Shown: one piece after another, positions 33,377 to 42,742 of the stretch
Layout of the letters: every line of letters begins with the position of its first letter
How positions within the stretch are numbered: position 1 is the first letter of the stretch
NCBI GenBank assembly: GCA_963743525.1
Contig: CAVUQH010000003.1
Span: 480,001-544,000, forward strand
From: an uncultured delta proteobacterium
GTDB taxonomy: Bacteria > Myxococcota_A > Polyangia > Haliangiales > Haliangiaceae
DNA length: 64,000 bases
Reading direction: 5' to 3'
Position numbers and translations under genes: made by a program
Notes under the pieces: generated by a model
Databases searched by the model: none
Told to the model about the DNA's origin: nothing
Seen by the model: only the letters and a program-made list of their open reading frames with translations

Positions 33377-34653
33377 TCGGGTGACGCGGCGGCGTGAGCC
33401 TTTACCGCGCGCCACACGCGGAAGATGTTGCCCGAGCAGATCTTGCCCAGCTCCTCGTCGGAGAAGCCGCGGCGGATCAGCTCGGCGAGCAGCGCCGGGT
33501 AGCGCGACACGTCTTCCAGGCCGACCGGCAGCGTCGGTCCCAGGCCGTCGAAGTCCGAACCCAGGCCGACGTGATCGATGCCGGCGATCTTGACCGCGTA
33601 CTGGATGTTGTCGGCCACCTTGCTGACGCTGGTCAGGGGGATCGGCGGCAGATCCTTTTGCTGCTCATCGATCTTCCTGTCGGTCGCGGGGTCAGCGGGG
33701 TCGAGCCCCTGCTTCGCCGCCCAGGCCTTGCCCTCCTGGTGCCGCTTCACGTACTCGGCGTTCGAGTCGGCGTCGACGAACGGCGAGCCGAAGTTGATCA
33801 TGATGATGCCGCCGTTGGCCGCCAGCGCGCGCAGCATCTCGTCCGAGACGTTGCGCTCGAATCCGGGGGTGAAGTGGCGCAGGGACGAGTGCGATGCGAT
33901 CACCGGCGCCTTCGACAGCGCCAGCACCTGCATGAAGGTGTCATCGGAGACGTGGGAGATGTCGATCATCATGCCCAGCCGGTTCATCTCGGCGACCACC
34001 TGCTTGCCGAAGTCGCTGAGCCCGTGGTGGGTGTACGTGCCGGCGTACGACGAGTCGCAGATCCGGTTGTCCTCGGCGTGGGTCAGGGTCATGTAGCGGA
34101 CCCCGCGGTCGTAGAAATGCTTCAGGTTGGCCAGGTCGCCCTCGATGGCGGCACCGTTCTCGATGCCCATCGGCAGCGACACCAGGCCGGCCCGGTGGTT
34201 GGCGTCGATCTGCGCCGGGTCGGTGGCCAGGGCGAAGACCTCCGGGTGGTCCTTGGCCATCGCGACGACCATGTCGATCAGCTGGTCGGCCAGGGCCCTG
34301 GCGCCGCCGCTCTTCTGGTAGCGCGACGGGATGTAGATCGACATGAACGGCGCGTCCAGGCCGCCCTCCCGCGCGCGCACCGCGTCGAAGTCGCCCCTGG
34401 CGGTGCGCTGCGACGGATCCTCGGTGATGGCGCCCTTGCCGTCGAGGCCGTCGTGCAGTCGGTCGGGAAGGTCGATGTGACCGTCGACGATGATCAGCCG
34501 ATGGGCCAGCGCGCGGGCGTGCGCGTCGGCGTCGCCGGCCGGCGCCCGCGGTTGCTCCGGTGCCGGCGGCGCGGCTGGCTGCTCTTCCTTCTTCTTGCAG
34601 GCGGTCGCGCACAGAAGCGCGGCCATCAGCACCGTCGCGGCCCGGGCGCGCAT
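33373..34653 (-). CDS. Membrane dipeptidase (M19) lipoprotein
   Basis: DGHID, GIENG, RGVRYMTLTH, GLSDFG..VV.EMNRLGM.IDISH, ASHS, RNVSD, GLGSDFDG. Confidence 0.93.
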   Translation of the reverse strand: MRARAATVLMAALLCATACKKKEEQPAAPPAPEQPRAPAGDADAHARALAHRLIIVDGHIDLPDRLHDGLDGKGAITEDPSQRTARGDFDAVRAREGGLDAPFMSIYIPSRYQKSGGARALADQLIDMVVAMAKDHPEVFALATDPAQIDANHRAGLVSLPMGIENGAAIEGDLANLKHFYDRGVRYMTLTHAEDNRICDSSYAGTYTHHGLSDFGKQVVAEMNRLGMMIDISHVSDDTFMQVLALSKAPVIASHSSLRHFTPGFERNVSDEMLRALAANGGIIMINFGSPFVDADSNAEYVKRHQEGKAWAAKQGLDPADPATDRKIDEQQKDLPPIPLTSVSKVADNIQYAVKIAGIDHVGLGSDFDGLGPTLPVGLEDVSRYPALLAELIRRGFSDEELGKICSGNIFRVWRAVKAHAAASPE

Positions 34654-34693
34654 GCTGCCGACGGTAGCACGGAAAGCGTGGTATCAAACCGAC

Positions 34694-35167
34694 ATGCGCT
34701 CGCTGCTGGTTCTCGTCCTCGTGGCTGGTTGTGGCAACGGCGGGAGCAAGCCCGCCCCGGCGGAGCCGGCGCCGCCGCCACCACCCGACGCGGCTCCGGC
34801 CGCGACCCAGGCAGCACCGCCCGCCGACCAGCCCATCGAGCAGAACACCGCCCAGGCCGCCGGCCGTCAGGCCGACCCGGTGGTGCGCGCCGTCAACATG
34901 TTCATCGCCATCGCCGAGGTCATGGGCAATGCCGGCAACGACTGCCCGCGCATGTCCAGCGATCTGGACGCCTGGCTCAACGCCAACGACGCCGAGCGCA
35001 AAGAGATCATGGAGCAGCTGGCGGCGCTACCCGAGGCCGAGCGCAACGCGCGGTTCCAGGAGCGGATGGCCGATCACAAGGACGCGCTGGCGTCGATGCA
35101 GTCGGCGCTGCAAGCGTGCGGCAACGATCCGCAGTTCGCCGAGGTGTGGAAGCGCCTCGACATGTGA
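34694..35167 (+). CDS. Hypothetical lipoprotein (Pro/Ala linker, helical domain with two Cys)
   Basis: MRSLLVLVLVAGC lipobox. Confidence 0.8.
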   Translation: MRSLLVLVLVAGCGNGGSKPAPAEPAPPPPPDAAPAATQAAPPADQPIEQNTAQAAGRQADPVVRAVNMFIAIAEVMGNAGNDCPRMSSDLDAWLNANDAERKEIMEQLAALPEAERNARFQERMADHKDALASMQSALQACGNDPQFAEVWKRLDM

Positions 35168-35171
35168 GCGG

Positions 35172-36350
35172 TCAGCGATCGGCCTTCAGCAGTCGGCGCC
35201 AGCCCCAGGCCGGTGACCAGCGCAACAGGCTGTCGCCGCTGACGACCAGGGCACGGCCGATGCCATCGACGGCGATGGCGTAGGGCCGGCCGGGCACCGG
35301 CGTGCCGATCGGGTTGGCGCGATCTCCGCTGAGGCGCAACAAGCTGCGGCCGGTGACCGCGATGGTCAACGGCACCGGCGACTGCCGATCGTTGGCGCCG
35401 ACGTGGAGCGTGAAGTCGTCGACGTAGGTGGCCGCGCGGGTGGCTGCCGGCTCACCGGGGGCGATGGCGCACAGGCCGACGCGCGCGGCATCGCCGCACT
35501 CGGAGGCGACGGCGTAGGCCCAGCCGCCCTGACCCAGGCCGTAGCCGCCCGGATACGGCGCCGGCCACGGCAACCGCTCCAGCGGGCGGCCATCGACGTG
35601 TCCGCGGTAGCGAACGAACTGTTCGTCGGTGTCGTCGCCGTCGGACAGCGCCAGGATGTCGATGGTGCCGTCGTCGGCGATGCGCAGATCGTTGCGCACG
35701 TTGCCATAGGCCGGCACCACCTGGAAGCGCCAGGTCGCGCCGCCGTCGCCGGACAGCGCCAGCATCGCGCGCAGGCCGTCGTCGTCGTCGGGGTGAACGT
35801 GCAGCCAGGCGATGGTGCCGGCGCCGGTGGCCAGCGCCAGGGTCTCGGATGCGTACGGCAGCGCCTGCCACGACTCGTCGGCGCCGTACGGCGCGGTGCC
35901 CAGGAGATGGCGGTCGCGCACGGCGAAGATCGTGCCTGCGCGGTCAACGGCGATCGCCTCGACCTGGCCGACGTTGGCCAGCACCTGGGTGAAGTGGCGA
36001 CCGTCGTCGCTGCTGGCGTAGACCGTGTCGTCGGTGTGGGTCGCCAGCACGCCGGGCGCTCCGGGGCTGGCCGCGACGCCGACCAGCGCGCCGGGCTCCC
36101 AGCAATCCCACACGCTGGTGCCGTCGGCCAGCGCTGCGCCAATCGGGTCGTCGGCCGCCGCCGGCGGCACCGGGCGGGCGGCGAGGCCCCAGCCGTCACC
36201 GCCGCGGCTGGCGAGGCCCATGACGTAGATCGACACCACGCTGGTCATCAGCACGGTCCCCGCGGCGGCCGGGAGCAGCCACGGCAGGTGTGCGCGCAGG
36301 CGCTGGCGCAGGGGATGCGGGACGACGGCGTGACGCTGGAGCGCGGGCAT
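35172..36350 (-). CDS. Membrane-anchored beta-propeller/BNR (Asp-box) repeat protein
   Basis: One TM helix and Asp-box motifs SSDDGRHF and SGDGGATW. Confidence 0.65.
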   Translation of the reverse strand: MPALQRHAVVPHPLRQRLRAHLPWLLPAAAGTVLMTSVVSIYVMGLASRGGDGWGLAARPVPPAAADDPIGAALADGTSVWDCWEPGALVGVAASPGAPGVLATHTDDTVYASSDDGRHFTQVLANVGQVEAIAVDRAGTIFAVRDRHLLGTAPYGADESWQALPYASETLALATGAGTIAWLHVHPDDDDGLRAMLALSGDGGATWRFQVVPAYGNVRNDLRIADDGTIDILALSDGDDTDEQFVRYRGHVDGRPLERLPWPAPYPGGYGLGQGGWAYAVASECGDAARVGLCAIAPGEPAATRAATYVDDFTLHVGANDRQSPVPLTIAVTGRSLLRLSGDRANPIGTPVPGRPYAIAVDGIGRALVVSGDSLLRWSPAWGWRRLLKADR

Positions 36351-36624
36351 GGGCGGCGAGCGTTGCAACCGGGGTGCCGGGTGGAGATGCGCGATACGGC
36401 GTGACCGCGTGTCGCCGGGGACACGGGGCGGCGCGTCGGGGGGGACACGGGTGTGGGGGGCGCGGAGTGCTTGGGTTGGATGGGGGCGCGCGGGCTGCTC
36501 GGGGCGGGTGGGGGCCCACGGTCCGCTCGGGGTGGGGTCCCAGCTTTGGGTGAGGACCCCACCCCGAGCGGCCGGAGGGCGGGGCCGGGTGGGCGTGGTG
36601 GGCGTGGTCGGCGGGGACTTCGTG

Positions 36625-36804
36625 GCGCGGGCGCGGGCGCGGGCGCGGGTGCGGGCGCGGGCGCGGGTGCGGGCGCGGGCGCGGGCGCGGGTGCGGGCGC
36701 GGGTGCGGGCGCGGGCACGGGCACGGGTGCGGGCACGGGCGCGGGTGCGGGCACGGGCACGGGCGCGGGCGCGGGCACGGGTGCGGGTGCGGGCGCGGGT
36801 GCGG
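36625..36804. repeat. ~180-bp hexamer microsatellite (GCGCGG/GTGCGG/GCACGG)n
   Basis: About 30 directly visible units in the intergenic region upstream of the HNH gene. Confidence 0.9.
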
Positions 36805-37046
36805 GAGATCCTTCGCGGGGGCGACGTGTCGCTCACTTTTCTTTCACATTTTTCGATCGCGCCTTGACCGGGTTTCGGCGCAAACCGACAACGCGCGCGC
36901 GATCGATCGTCAGCGCGGCTCGGTTGCGATGTGCGCGGTTGATGCGCGGCGCGGGTCGGTTTTTGTCTCGGCGGGGCGGGTTCTCGGCGCAGCGGGGCGC
37001 TCCGCGGCTGATCCGAGCGGGCGAAAAACGCGTGCTACGAAGGTGT

Positions 37047-38183
37047 ATGGGCGAGGTGACGTTGGGGATCGGCGATATTCATCGGCAGCTTCGTGCGCTG
37101 GGGCGCGACCGTGCGGAGCTGGATGCGGCGGAGGCTCACTACCTTCGCGCCGGGCACGCGGTACGGATCTGGGAGGCGTATGGGTACGCCAGCTATGCGG
37201 CGTATCTGGAGGCGGTGCTCGGGTATGGGCGCAAGACGGCGCGTGAGCGGATCCGCACGGCGCTGGCGCTGGAGGCGCTGCCGGCGATGGCGGAGGCGTT
37301 GGCCGATGGCGAGATCGCGTGGACGCATGTGCGCGAGCTGTCGCGGGTGGCGACGGCGGATACCGAGAACGAGTGGCTCGAGGCCGCTCGCGGGCAGAGT
37401 GCGCGCGAGGTGGCCGAGATGGTCGCCGGGTTGGCGCGGGGGGATCGGCCGGGCACGATCGCCGATCGCAGCGCGCTGCCGCGGACACTGGCGTTCGAGG
37501 TGTCGCCGGAGACGTACGCGATGGTGCGCGAGGCGATCCGCGTGGCCCGGCTGTCGATCGATGGCTCGGGGGACGGGCCGGTCGACGACGATGCCGCGCT
37601 GGCGATGATCGCGCGCGGCTTTCTCGCCGGGGGGCGGGATTCGGCTGACGCGCGGGGCGGGGACGGCGGCCGGCCCGGCTACCAGGTCGCGGTCAGTCGC
37701 TGCGACGACTGTGCGCGCACGTTTGTCGAGGCCGACGGTCACAGCGTGCAGCTGGATGCGGCGACGGTCGCCGCGATCGAATGTGACCACACCCGCGTCC
37801 CGGTGTCCCTCGAGGGCCGCGCGACGCAGACGATCCCTCCGTCGGTGCGGCGTGCGGTGGTCCGCGCGTTTCACCACCGTTGCGCTGTGCCCGGCTGCGG
37901 CAACGCGACGTGGCTCGATGTGCACCACATCCGGCACCGGGCTCGCGGCGGCACGCACGCGCCGGGCAACCTGGTGCTGCTCTGTTCGACGCACCATCGG
38001 CGGATCCACGACGGGCAGCTGTCGGTCGAGCGCGACGCGGGCCGGCTCCTCTTTCGTCACGGCGGCGGCACGCCGTTTCGCAGCGGCATGTTCTGGCGCT
38101 GGTCGGCAATCGCGGGTCCCGGGTTGTCGACAGCGGGCCGCGGCGGGGGCCGAGCTCTTCTCACGCGCCCAGCCAGTCGATGA
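37047..38183 (+). CDS. HNH endonuclease with a DUF222-like N-terminal region
   Basis: RCAVPGC....WLDVHHIRHR..GGTH...NLVLLCSTHHRRIH. Upstream CDDC and G..SYAAYLE..LGY motifs. Confidence 0.85.
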   Translation: MGEVTLGIGDIHRQLRALGRDRAELDAAEAHYLRAGHAVRIWEAYGYASYAAYLEAVLGYGRKTARERIRTALALEALPAMAEALADGEIAWTHVRELSRVATADTENEWLEAARGQSAREVAEMVAGLARGDRPGTIADRSALPRTLAFEVSPETYAMVREAIRVARLSIDGSGDGPVDDDAALAMIARGFLAGGRDSADARGGDGGRPGYQVAVSRCDDCARTFVEADGHSVQLDAATVAAIECDHTRVPVSLEGRATQTIPPSVRRAVVRAFHHRCAVPGCGNATWLDVHHIRHRARGGTHAPGNLVLLCSTHHRRIHDGQLSVERDAGRLLFRHGGGTPFRSGMFWRWSAIAGPGLSTAGRGGGRALLTRPASR

Positions 38184-38991
38184 TGTGGCCGGCCACGGCG
38201 TCGGGGTCCTCGAGCTGCATGAAGTGGCCGACGTCGGGCAACACCCGGCTGGCGAACGGCCCGGCGAAGTAGCGCTCCTGGCCGCGGGCGGCGTCGGGAG
38301 CGATGCAGCCGTCGCGCTCGCCGGCGAGGTAGAGAGTGGGCACGCTTATCGAAGCGGGAGTCGCGCGGAAGCGCGCCAGCGCCGGGCCGACAGGACGGGT
38401 GACCGCGCGGTAGTAGCCGATCGGCGCCGGCATGCTGGCGGCCAGGCAGGCGTGGAGTGCCGCGCGCTCGGGCTCGGGCATCAGGTAGTCGGGCGACCAC
38501 GCCCGCCACAGACGATCGATGAAGGCGAAGTCGTTCCGCGGCACGGCGCGCTCGGGCACCAGCGGCAGCTGGAAGAAGTACATGTACCAGCTCCGCCGGC
38601 GCTGGGCGGGGTCGCGGCGCAGCGCGTGGAACAGCGTCGGCAGCCGCGGCACCGACATCGCCACGGCGCGGCGAAAGCGGTCCGGGGCCGCAGCCAGCGC
38701 GGCGTAGGTGGCGACGGCGCCCCAGTCGTGGCCGACCAGGTGAACCGGTGCGCCCGGCGAGAAGTCGCCGGCCAGCTCGACCACGTCGCGGGCGAGCTGG
38801 TCGGTGTCGTACGGGCCGTCCAGCGGCGACGGTGCATAGCCGCGCATCCACGGCGCCACCGCGCGGTAGCCGGCGGCGGCCAGCCGGTCGAGGAGCGGCT
38901 CGAAGCTGGGCGGGTGATCGGGGAAGCCGTGCAGGCACAGCACCACCGGGGCGCCGGCGTCGCCGCGCTCGATGTACGCGAAGCGGCTCAC
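38161..38991 (-). CDS. Alpha/beta hydrolase, epoxide-hydrolase-like
   Basis: LHGFPD, GHDWGA, SWYMYFFQLP, GHFMQLEDP. Confidence 0.9.
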   Translation of the reverse strand: MSRFAYIERGDAGAPVVLCLHGFPDHPPSFEPLLDRLAAAGYRAVAPWMRGYAPSPLDGPYDTDQLARDVVELAGDFSPGAPVHLVGHDWGAVATYAALAAAPDRFRRAVAMSVPRLPTLFHALRRDPAQRRRSWYMYFFQLPLVPERAVPRNDFAFIDRLWRAWSPDYLMPEPERAALHACLAASMPAPIGYYRAVTRPVGPALARFRATPASISVPTLYLAGERDGCIAPDAARGQERYFAGPFASRVLPDVGHFMQLEDPDAVAGHIIDWLGA

Positions 38992-39974
38992 GGCGTCACG
39001 TGCAGGCACGACTCGAACCACGCCTGGCCGCCGCGCTCGTCGCGCTGGATGATCCACAGCGGCACGTCGAGCCCGTCGCCGACGTCGGTGGAATCGATCT
39101 CGGCCTTGAAGGTGCTGTCGAGGGGCGGCTCGTTGCCGGCGATGTCGCGCGGGCCGCCCGACTCGCCGCGCGTCCACGACCCGGCGGTGGCGAACCAGGC
39201 GTAGCGCAGGTTCTCGGTGAACATCTCGCTGCCGCCTTCGAAGGTGGGCAACACGTAATCCTCGCGCACGCCGTCGGGCTCGATCGGCGTCAGCTTCAGC
39301 TGGCTGTCGATCGGCAGCTCCACCGGCGTGACGTCGGCGCAGCGACCCAGCGGCAGGTCGAACGGATCGCCGGTCGGATCGCCGGTGTCGGCGTCCACCG
39401 CCTGGGCCTCGATGCGGTCGAGGGTCGGGTTGCTGTTGGCGACGCGCTGCATCGGGATCTGCGGCGAGTAGAGGACGACCTTGGAGGCGAAGCGGGCGGC
39501 CGCGGGATCTTCGTCCTCGCCGTAGACGTACAGCTCGACCTGCACGTTGATGCCGCCGAAGCCGGACAGCTGGTCGGTGTCGAGCGACCGCTGGAGGATC
39601 GGCAACAGCTGACCGCCCGCCGGGATGGTGCCGCAGATCTGCGGCGGCGGGTCGGCGGTCTCCGGATCGCCGACGGTGCCGAAGGCGATCTCGTAGTACG
39701 GGCCGTTCGCATCGTCGCAGCGGCCGGAAGCGGTCGGCGCGCAGATACCCATCGAGTAGACCAGCTTGCGGTCGGCGGCCGGATCGGCGACCAGGGCGCA
39801 GACCTGGACCTCGACCAGCTGCAGGTTGGTCGGGTCGTTCGGGTTGACCGGCGACACCACCTCCGGCGGATCGGCCTGCATGCCCAGCGGCCGCATGTCG
39901 AGGACGATCGACTGGTCCTCGAAGTTGCCGCAGCCGCTGGCCAGCAGAGCGATGACGATCAGCGCGCGCCTCAT
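38988..39974 (-). CDS. Lipoprotein partner of the TonB-dependent receptor
   Basis: LASGC lipobox, translationally coupled to the receptor. N.NP, E.LRYAWFATAG and RDERGG..W motifs typical of such myxobacterial lipoproteins. Confidence 0.75.
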   Translation of the reverse strand: MRRALIVIALLASGCGNFEDQSIVLDMRPLGMQADPPEVVSPVNPNDPTNLQLVEVQVCALVADPAADRKLVYSMGICAPTASGRCDDANGPYYEIAFGTVGDPETADPPPQICGTIPAGGQLLPILQRSLDTDQLSGFGGINVQVELYVYGEDEDPAAARFASKVVLYSPQIPMQRVANSNPTLDRIEAQAVDADTGDPTGDPFDLPLGRCADVTPVELPIDSQLKLTPIEPDGVREDYVLPTFEGGSEMFTENLRYAWFATAGSWTRGESGGPRDIAGNEPPLDSTFKAEIDSTDVGDGLDVPLWIIQRDERGGQAWFESCLHVTP

Positions 39975-42655
39975 CAGAACTGCCCCTTGATGCCGAGGGT
40001 GGGCAGGAACGGCACGCTGGTCACCGGCGCGCTGTCGCGGTAGCGGTAATCCCACTGCGTGGCCTCCACGTTGTCGAGGTTGAGCACGTTCTGGATGTCG
40101 AGGTAGAGGCCCAGCATCCAGGTGTTGAACACCCAGCTCTTCTCGACCCGCACGTCGAGCTGGTTGAAGGTCTTGCGCCGGGCGGAGAAGAACGGCCCCT
40201 CGAGCGGCGTGTAGCTGTTGGAGTCGGCGTCGAAGGTCGAGCCGACGATCGGCGTCTCCGGCCCACCGGTGGCCAGGCGGTAGCGGGCGCCGTATTCCCA
40301 GCCGCCGTTGGTGCGGTAGCTGGCCACCGCATTGAGCGTGTGCCGCTGGTCGAAGCGCGGCGGATAGTAGGTATCGCCGGGGTCGTGCCGGGTGCGCGTC
40401 TTGGACAGCGTGTAGCTGAGCCAGCCGAACAGGTGCCGCGTGATCTCGCGCTTGACCAGCAGCTCGAGGCCGACGGTGTCGCCGTCGCGGCTGCTGCGGA
40501 AGTTGACGTTGTGCGGCTCGCCGGTGACCGGGTTGACCTCGACGTCCTGGGTGAACGCGGCCTGATTGCTGCGGCTGATGTAGTAGACCTCGCCGTCGGC
40601 CGACCACTGCTTGGCCGGCTTCCACTCGGCGCCCAGGCCGAGGTGGATGCCGCGCTCGAGCCCCAGGTTGGGGTTGCCGAAGCGCGAGTCGAGACCCTCC
40701 GGCTGCGGCGGCTGGTGGTAGATGCCGGCGTAGCCCTTGGCCGCCCACTGGTCGTCGATCTGGTAGTGAGCCGACAGCCGCGGATCGATCGACCCGCGCG
40801 GCTTGCCGTCGAGGTAGTAGCCGTCGAGTCGCAGGCCGGGTACCACCCGCAGGCGCCTGGTCGGCCGCAGGCCGAGATCGACGTAGACGCCCCAGGCCAG
40901 GCTGTCGACCTGGAACTGCAGCTTGCTCGGGTTGACGTTGATCGGACCCAGCGGCCGGCGGATGTTGTCGTCGAGCGGGACCAGGAAGTGGTAGTGGGCG
41001 ACCCGCGCCTCCTGATCGAGGCCGGTGTCCAGCGTCAGCGTCGGCGACATCTCGCCGTGCAGGCGGATGCGGTAGCTGAAGACGTCGGCGTCGGCTTGCA
41101 CCGAGTTGAACGCGCCGCCGGCGTTGACCTGCGAGGCGTTGAGCGACAGCGTGTCGCGGCCGATGGCCGGCGACAGATCGAGGGTCAGGTTGTGGCCCAC
41201 CGGCCGGCGGTAGTTGCCGATCAGCCGCCAGAAGCGCACCGACGTGCCCAGGTCGAGCGAGGTGTCCTCTTCGGCCTTGGACTGGACCACGTCGAGCTGA
41301 TCCGACGAGCCGATGAACGTCACCGACAGCTTGCCCTCGCTGCCGAAGTCGTGGTCGTAGCGCAGGTTGGCGTCGTAGTAGATCGGCACCACGATCAGCT
41401 GGTTGCCGGGCTTCGGCTTGGGCAGGAAGAAGCCGAGCATGAAGTCGAGATACGAGCGGCGGCCGGCGATGGCCAGCGCACCGTGCTTGCCCACGGGGAA
41501 GCGCAGATAGCCGCCGGCGTCGAGGAGGTCGATGTCGGCCGAGCCGTGCACGCCGTCGGACTTGGCCGGGCGGGTCTCGACCGACACCACGCCGCCGTGG
41601 AAGCGGCCGAAGCGGGCCGGGAAGCCGCCGGGATAGAGCTCGATCGACTGCAAGAACTCGGGGTTGAGCACCGACGGCCCGCCGAGGAAGTGGAACAACA
41701 GCGGGATCAGGTGGCCGTCGAGGAAGACGCCGGAGTCGTCCGGGTTGGAGCCGCGGATGAGCAGGAAGCCGGTGGAGAACGGCGACCGCGCCAGCCCGGG
41801 CAGCGTCTGGATGACGCGAACCGGATCGCCGAAGGTGCCCGGCACCGTGGTCATCTGCCGGCGCTCGATGGTCCGCTTGGTCACCTCGAGGCTCTCGCGT
41901 TCGCCCTCGACCACGGTCTCGTACGGGTTGCTGCCCAGCGCGCGCAGCCACAGGCGGATGTCGAGCTTCTCGCCCCTGGCCAGATCGAGGGTGCGCTTGA
42001 AGCGGGCGTAGCGCTGGTCGACGGCGATCACCGTGTAGTGTCCCGGCGCGACGCCGTGGAAGTAGAAGCGGCCGTGCTCGTCGGTGACGGCGTTGACGCC
42101 GAGCTCGGAGATCGACACGATCACGCCGGCCAGCTTGCGCCGGGAGCCGCGCTCGAGCGCCACGCCTTCGATGCGGATCGGCAGCCGCGCGTCGCCACCG
42201 TGGGACGGCGGTCCCTGCGCGGCCTCGTCGGCGGGCGGCGCCGGTGGTGGCGGCGGTGGCTCGACCTCCTGCTGCTCGAGCTTGAAGTGGATCGTCGTCT
42301 CGACGACGATCGGCCCGGGCACGCCGTCGAACTCGGCCGGATCGAAGACGTACTGCTTGGCCGCGGCCACCGCCGCCTCGTCGAAGCCGTCGCCGGCCGG
42401 CGCGGGGACGTCGACCTGGGTGACCTCGCCGGTGGCGCTGACGTGGATGCGCACCACGACGTCGGCCTCCCGGCCGGCGGCTGCGGCAGCTTCCGGATAG
42501 ATCGGCGCCACCGCCTGCAGCAGCACCGGCGCCTTGGTCATCACCGGCTTCACGGCCGGCTGTGCCGAGTGGTCCTCACGCCGGGCGCCGTCGTCCTGGG
42601 CGTGCGCGGGCGCGGAGGCGGCAGCCAGCAGCACGAGAACGACGGCGACGCGCAT
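39974..42655 (-). CDS. TonB-dependent receptor with an N-terminal TonB C-terminal-like domain and a carboxypeptidase-regulatory-like domain
   Basis: P.YPE.A...G.V....GDGFDEAAVAAAKQY.F.PA, VTDEHGRF, plug PGTFGDP.RVIQTLPG...IRGS, DPRLS, GNPNL, FDQRH, C-terminal LGIKGQF. Confidence 0.9.
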   Translation of the reverse strand: MRVAVVLVLLAAASAPAHAQDDGARREDHSAQPAVKPVMTKAPVLLQAVAPIYPEAAAAAGREADVVVRIHVSATGEVTQVDVPAPAGDGFDEAAVAAAKQYVFDPAEFDGVPGPIVVETTIHFKLEQQEVEPPPPPPAPPADEAAQGPPSHGGDARLPIRIEGVALERGSRRKLAGVIVSISELGVNAVTDEHGRFYFHGVAPGHYTVIAVDQRYARFKRTLDLARGEKLDIRLWLRALGSNPYETVVEGERESLEVTKRTIERRQMTTVPGTFGDPVRVIQTLPGLARSPFSTGFLLIRGSNPDDSGVFLDGHLIPLLFHFLGGPSVLNPEFLQSIELYPGGFPARFGRFHGGVVSVETRPAKSDGVHGSADIDLLDAGGYLRFPVGKHGALAIAGRRSYLDFMLGFFLPKPKPGNQLIVVPIYYDANLRYDHDFGSEGKLSVTFIGSSDQLDVVQSKAEEDTSLDLGTSVRFWRLIGNYRRPVGHNLTLDLSPAIGRDTLSLNASQVNAGGAFNSVQADADVFSYRIRLHGEMSPTLTLDTGLDQEARVAHYHFLVPLDDNIRRPLGPINVNPSKLQFQVDSLAWGVYVDLGLRPTRRLRVVPGLRLDGYYLDGKPRGSIDPRLSAHYQIDDQWAAKGYAGIYHQPPQPEGLDSRFGNPNLGLERGIHLGLGAEWKPAKQWSADGEVYYISRSNQAAFTQDVEVNPVTGEPHNVNFRSSRDGDTVGLELLVKREITRHLFGWLSYTLSKTRTRHDPGDTYYPPRFDQRHTLNAVASYRTNGGWEYGARYRLATGGPETPIVGSTFDADSNSYTPLEGPFFSARRKTFNQLDVRVEKSWVFNTWMLGLYLDIQNVLNLDNVEATQWDYRYRDSAPVTSVPFLPTLGIKGQF

Positions 42656-42742
42656 CAGCGGCCGGAAGTGTAGCAGAGCAGATCGCACGCCCCGCAGTTG
42701 GACCGGTTGACGGGGTAGACCGTTGCCTCTATGCTCGGCCCC

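Noticed and set aside
36350..36836. Arg-Ala (RARARA) or Gly-Ala (GAGAGA) repeat proteins in ORFs 35172..36836, 36349..36867 and 36453..38183
   Set aside because: These are stop-free read-through of a non-coding hexamer microsatellite. The plausible genes start at 36350 (-) and 37047 (+).
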